Part shown: positions 29,613 through 32,000 of the stretch, in pieces
Position numbering within the stretch: the stretch's first letter is position 1
Layout of the letters: every line of letters starts with the position of its first letter
Source of the DNA: Salmonella enterica subsp. enterica serovar Choleraesuis
Lineage (GTDB): Bacteria > Pseudomonadota > Gammaproteobacteria > Enterobacterales > Enterobacteriaceae
Direction of reading: 5' to 3'
Length of the DNA stretch: 32,000 nt
Assembly: GCA_022846635.1 (NCBI GenBank)
Contig: AP025685.1
Coordinates: 4,229,304-4,261,303 of the forward strand
The notes under the pieces: generated by a model
What the model was told of the DNA's origin: nothing
Seen by the model: the letters and a program-made list of their open reading frames with translations, nothing else
Database searches by the model: none
Translations under genes and position numbers: made by a program

Positions 29613-31259
29613 TCAGGATTTTTTCTTGTCGCGGCTATGCAGGCCACGCTTCTCCAGACCACGATAAATAAGCTGCTGCTGAATAATGGTTACCAGGTTG
29701 CTGACGATATAGTACAGCACCAGACCGGATGGGAACCACAGGAAGAAGACCGTAAAAATGACCGGCATAAAGGTCATGATCTTCTGCTGCATCGGGTCGG
29801 TTACCGTGGTTGGCGACATCTTCTGAATGAAGAACATCGTCAGACCCATCAGAATCGGCAGGATGTAGTACGGGTCTTGCGCCGACAGGTCATGGATCCA
29901 CAAGGCAAACGGCTGGTGACGCAGCTCAACGGAGCCCATCAGCATGTAATACAGTGCCAGGAAGATAGGCATCTGGATAATCAGCGGGAAGCAGCCACCC
30001 AGCGGGTTAACCTTCTCGGCTTTATACAACGCCATCATTTCCTGGCTCTGACGCTGCTTATCATCGCCCAGACGCTCACGCATAGCCTGAATTTTCGGCT
30101 GCAGCATACGCATCTTCGCCATGGAGGTGTACTGCGCTTTAGTCAGCGGGTACATGATGCCACGAACGATAAAGGTGATAACGATGATGGAGAAGCCCCA
30201 GTTGCCCACGAAGCTCTGGATAAATTTCAGCAGCTTAAACAGCGGCTGAGAGATGAACCACAGCCAGCCGTAATCTACGGTCAGGTCGAGATGTGGCGCA
30301 ACGGCAGCCATCTTGTCCTGAATTTCCGGGCCGACCCACAGGGTGCTGTTGATAGTTGCATTCTGGCCTGGCTGAACCAGAACCGGAGCGGCTTTAAAGC
30401 CGATAGCGGCAACGCCGTTACCCAGGTCAGAGGTGTAGAAATGGTTTTGACCATTACCCTGAGGGATCCATGCGGTAGCGAAGTACTGCTGCAACATTGC
30501 GACCCAACCGCCTTTCGAATCAACACTCAGGTTGTCGTTATCGGTGATTTTGTCGAATTTGTATTTTTCGTATTTAGCATCGCTGGTGGAGTACGCCGCG
30601 CCGCGGAAAGTATGCAGTGCGAAGTTGCTGCTACCGGTATCGCGATGTTTTGGCAGGTCTGCGGTCTGTTTCAGCTGGCCAAACTCAGAGAGCTCCAGCG
30701 GTTTCTGACCGGCGTTTTTCACGTCATAACTTACACCAACGGCATATTCACCGCGTTTTAAGGTGAAGTTTTTGGTGAACGTGTTGCCTGCGCTATCGGT
30801 ATAGCTTAATGGAATCGTCAACGCATTCTGACCGTCAGCCAGAACATAGCTGTCCTGCGCTGCGGTATACAGAGGACGAGGGCCATTTGCCGGGTTATCC
30901 GGGCCGTCACGACCAGTCAGGCCGCTTTGTGCCTGATAGAGGAAATCTGGCTTAGTTTCCAGCAACTGGAAAGGCTCGGAAGATTTCAGCTCTTTTGGAT
31001 AGGTCAGTAACAGCGCCTGTTCAACGTCACCACCACGGGTGTTGATGGTCATTTTCAAGACGTCAGTTTGAACAGTAATCAGTTTTCCCTGGCCACTGGC
31101 TGGTACGCTCTGGTCTGCGGCGCTACCCGCTGCTGTGGTCGTAGTCTGCGTGGTCTGTTGGGGCTGAGGCTGTGGATTTTTATCCTGCTCCCAGGCCTGC
31201 CAGATCATGAAAGACACGAACAACAAAGCGATGATAAGGAGATTGCGTTGCGAATCCAT
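29613..31259 (-). CDS. yidC: Membrane protein insertase
   Basis: 548 aa. [27 protein letters not shown], a large periplasmic domain and the conserved C-terminal 5-TM core are collinear with E. coli YidC. Confidence 0.97.
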   Translation of the reverse strand: MDSQRNLLIIALLFVSFMIWQAWEQDKNPQPQPQQTTQTTTTAAGSAADQSVPASGQGKLITVQTDVLKMTINTRGGDVEQALLLTYPKELKSSEPFQLLETKPDFLYQAQSGLTGRDGPDNPANGPRPLYTAAQDSYVLADGQNALTIPLSYTDSAGNTFTKNFTLKRGEYAVGVSYDVKNAGQKPLELSEFGQLKQTADLPKHRDTGSSNFALHTFRGAAYSTSDAKYEKYKFDKITDNDNLSVDSKGGWVAMLQQYFATAWIPQGNGQNHFYTSDLGNGVAAIGFKAAPVLVQPGQNATINSTLWVGPEIQDKMAAVAPHLDLTVDYGWLWFISQPLFKLLKFIQSFVGNWGFSIIVITFIVRGIMYPLTKAQYTSMAKMRMLQPKIQAMRERLGDDKQRQSQEMMALYKAEKVNPLGGCFPLIIQMPIFLALYYMLMGSVELRHQPFALWIHDLSAQDPYYILPILMGLTMFFIQKMSPTTVTDPMQQKIMTFMPVIFTVFFLWFPSGLVLYYIVSNLVTIIQQQLIYRGLEKRGLHSRDKKKS

Positions 31260-31261
31260 CG

Positions 31262-31519
31262 TTAGTGTTCTCTGGTATCAAAGGGTCCAGGCGGTACAGG
31301 GTCGTCCCCGCCGGGGTTCAAAGGGTGGCATTTTAATACGCGTTTCACCGTCAACCAACTGCCTTTTATCACTCCAAACCTGCGCAAGGCCTCAATTCCG
31401 TAGTGAGAACAGGTTGGAGTGAACCGACAATGCGGTCCAAGAAGCGGACTAATCAGGCGCTGATAGACCCTGATAAAGGCTATCAGGACTCGCGAGCCAG
31501 GCGACAATGGCGGCGCCAT
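31262..31519 (-). CDS. yidD: Membrane protein insertion efficiency factor
   Basis: 85 aa. [38 protein letters not shown] is near-identical to E. coli YidD. It overlaps the rnpA 3' end by 37 nt, as in K-12. Confidence 0.92.
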   Translation of the reverse strand: MAPPLSPGSRVLIAFIRVYQRLISPLLGPHCRFTPTCSHYGIEALRRFGVIKGSWLTVKRVLKCHPLNPGGDDPVPPGPFDTREH

Positions 31520-31842
31520 AATTTTTCCAATGCTTCCGAAAGAGCACGATTATCGAGGTCAGCAATCCCTCTTTTCGCCACCACCACGAAATCCATAGAT
31601 GGAAGTTCATGCTGGCGTAAACGGAAGCTTTCACGCGTCAGACGTTTAATCCGATTGCGTTCATGGGCGCGTTTAACGTTTTTCTTGGCGACAGTAAGAC
31701 CGATGCGGGGATGCCCCAGCGAATTCTGGCGGCCGAGGATAGTGATTTGCGGCGTGCCAGCGCGAAGCGGCTGCTGGAAGACAAATGTGAAATGAGTGGG
31801 AGTTAACAAGCGTAACTCCCTGGGAAAAGCGAGCTTAACCAC
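31483..31842 (-). CDS. rnpA: RNase P protein component
   Basis: 119 aa with a GTG start. [15 protein letters not shown]...[11 protein letters not shown] is near-identical to E. coli RnpA. Confidence 0.96.
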   Translation of the reverse strand: MVKLAFPRELRLLTPTHFTFVFQQPLRAGTPQITILGRQNSLGHPRIGLTVAKKNVKRAHERNRIKRLTRESFRLRQHELPSMDFVVVAKRGIADLDNRALSEALEKLWRRHCRLARES

Positions 31843-31859
31843 TCAGGGGTTAGCTTTTA

Positions 31860-32000
<141 letters not shown>

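Noticed and set aside
29469-30761. A very long (430-aa) + strand ORF antisense to the mnmE 5' end, the intergenic terminator and most of yidC
   Set aside because: Its codons are in exact register with the yidC codons on the opposite strand, so it stays open wherever yidC avoids the TTA, CTA and TCA codons. Its translation is low-complexity and R/H/Q/L/V-rich. It runs straight through a terminator hairpin, has no SD, and resembles no family I know. I treat it as a codon-bias shadow ORF.

Overview
This 32-kb window is the oriC-proximal chromosomal backbone of an Enterobacterales genome. By eye, the proteins look roughly 80-95% identical to the E. coli K-12 orthologues I can recall. The + strand carries atpA (5' end cut by the window edge)-atpG-atpD-atpC, glmU-glmS, and pstS-pstC-pstA-pstB-phoU with recognisable Pho boxes. 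Next come yieH(-), adeP(+), yieF(-) and yieE(-). At the right end, on the - strand, are mnmE, yidC, yidD, rnpA and a complete rpmH, which the ORF track missed because it is only 46 codons. Three intervals interrupt the K-12-like order and carry accessory content. (1) 8.07-8.52 kb: a secreted Lpp-like coiled-coil protein between glmS and pstS. (2) 13.28-16.61 kb: a translationally coupled three-gene envelope operon (beta-barrel, POTRA-less Omp85-family barrel, exported 379-aa protein of no family I recognise), where K-12 has bgl. (3) 20.4-28.2 kb: a DUF1471-type small periplasmic protein, a 6-TM voltage-sensor K+ channel with a C-terminal zinc ribbon, and a tightly packed seven-gene operon. That operon encodes an MFS transporter, a two-domain extradiol-type VOC dioxygenase, two tiny unknown proteins, a VanA-type Rieske oxygenase, an Arg-less Rid-family protein and a PDR/VanB-type reductase; it has no linked regulator or lower-pathway genes. 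My best candidates for an undescribed system are the Omp85-centred trio and the orphan oxidative operon. I saw no tRNA/rRNA, CRISPR, IS element or integrase. All family assignments come from reading the translations and from memory of reference sequences; no search was run.
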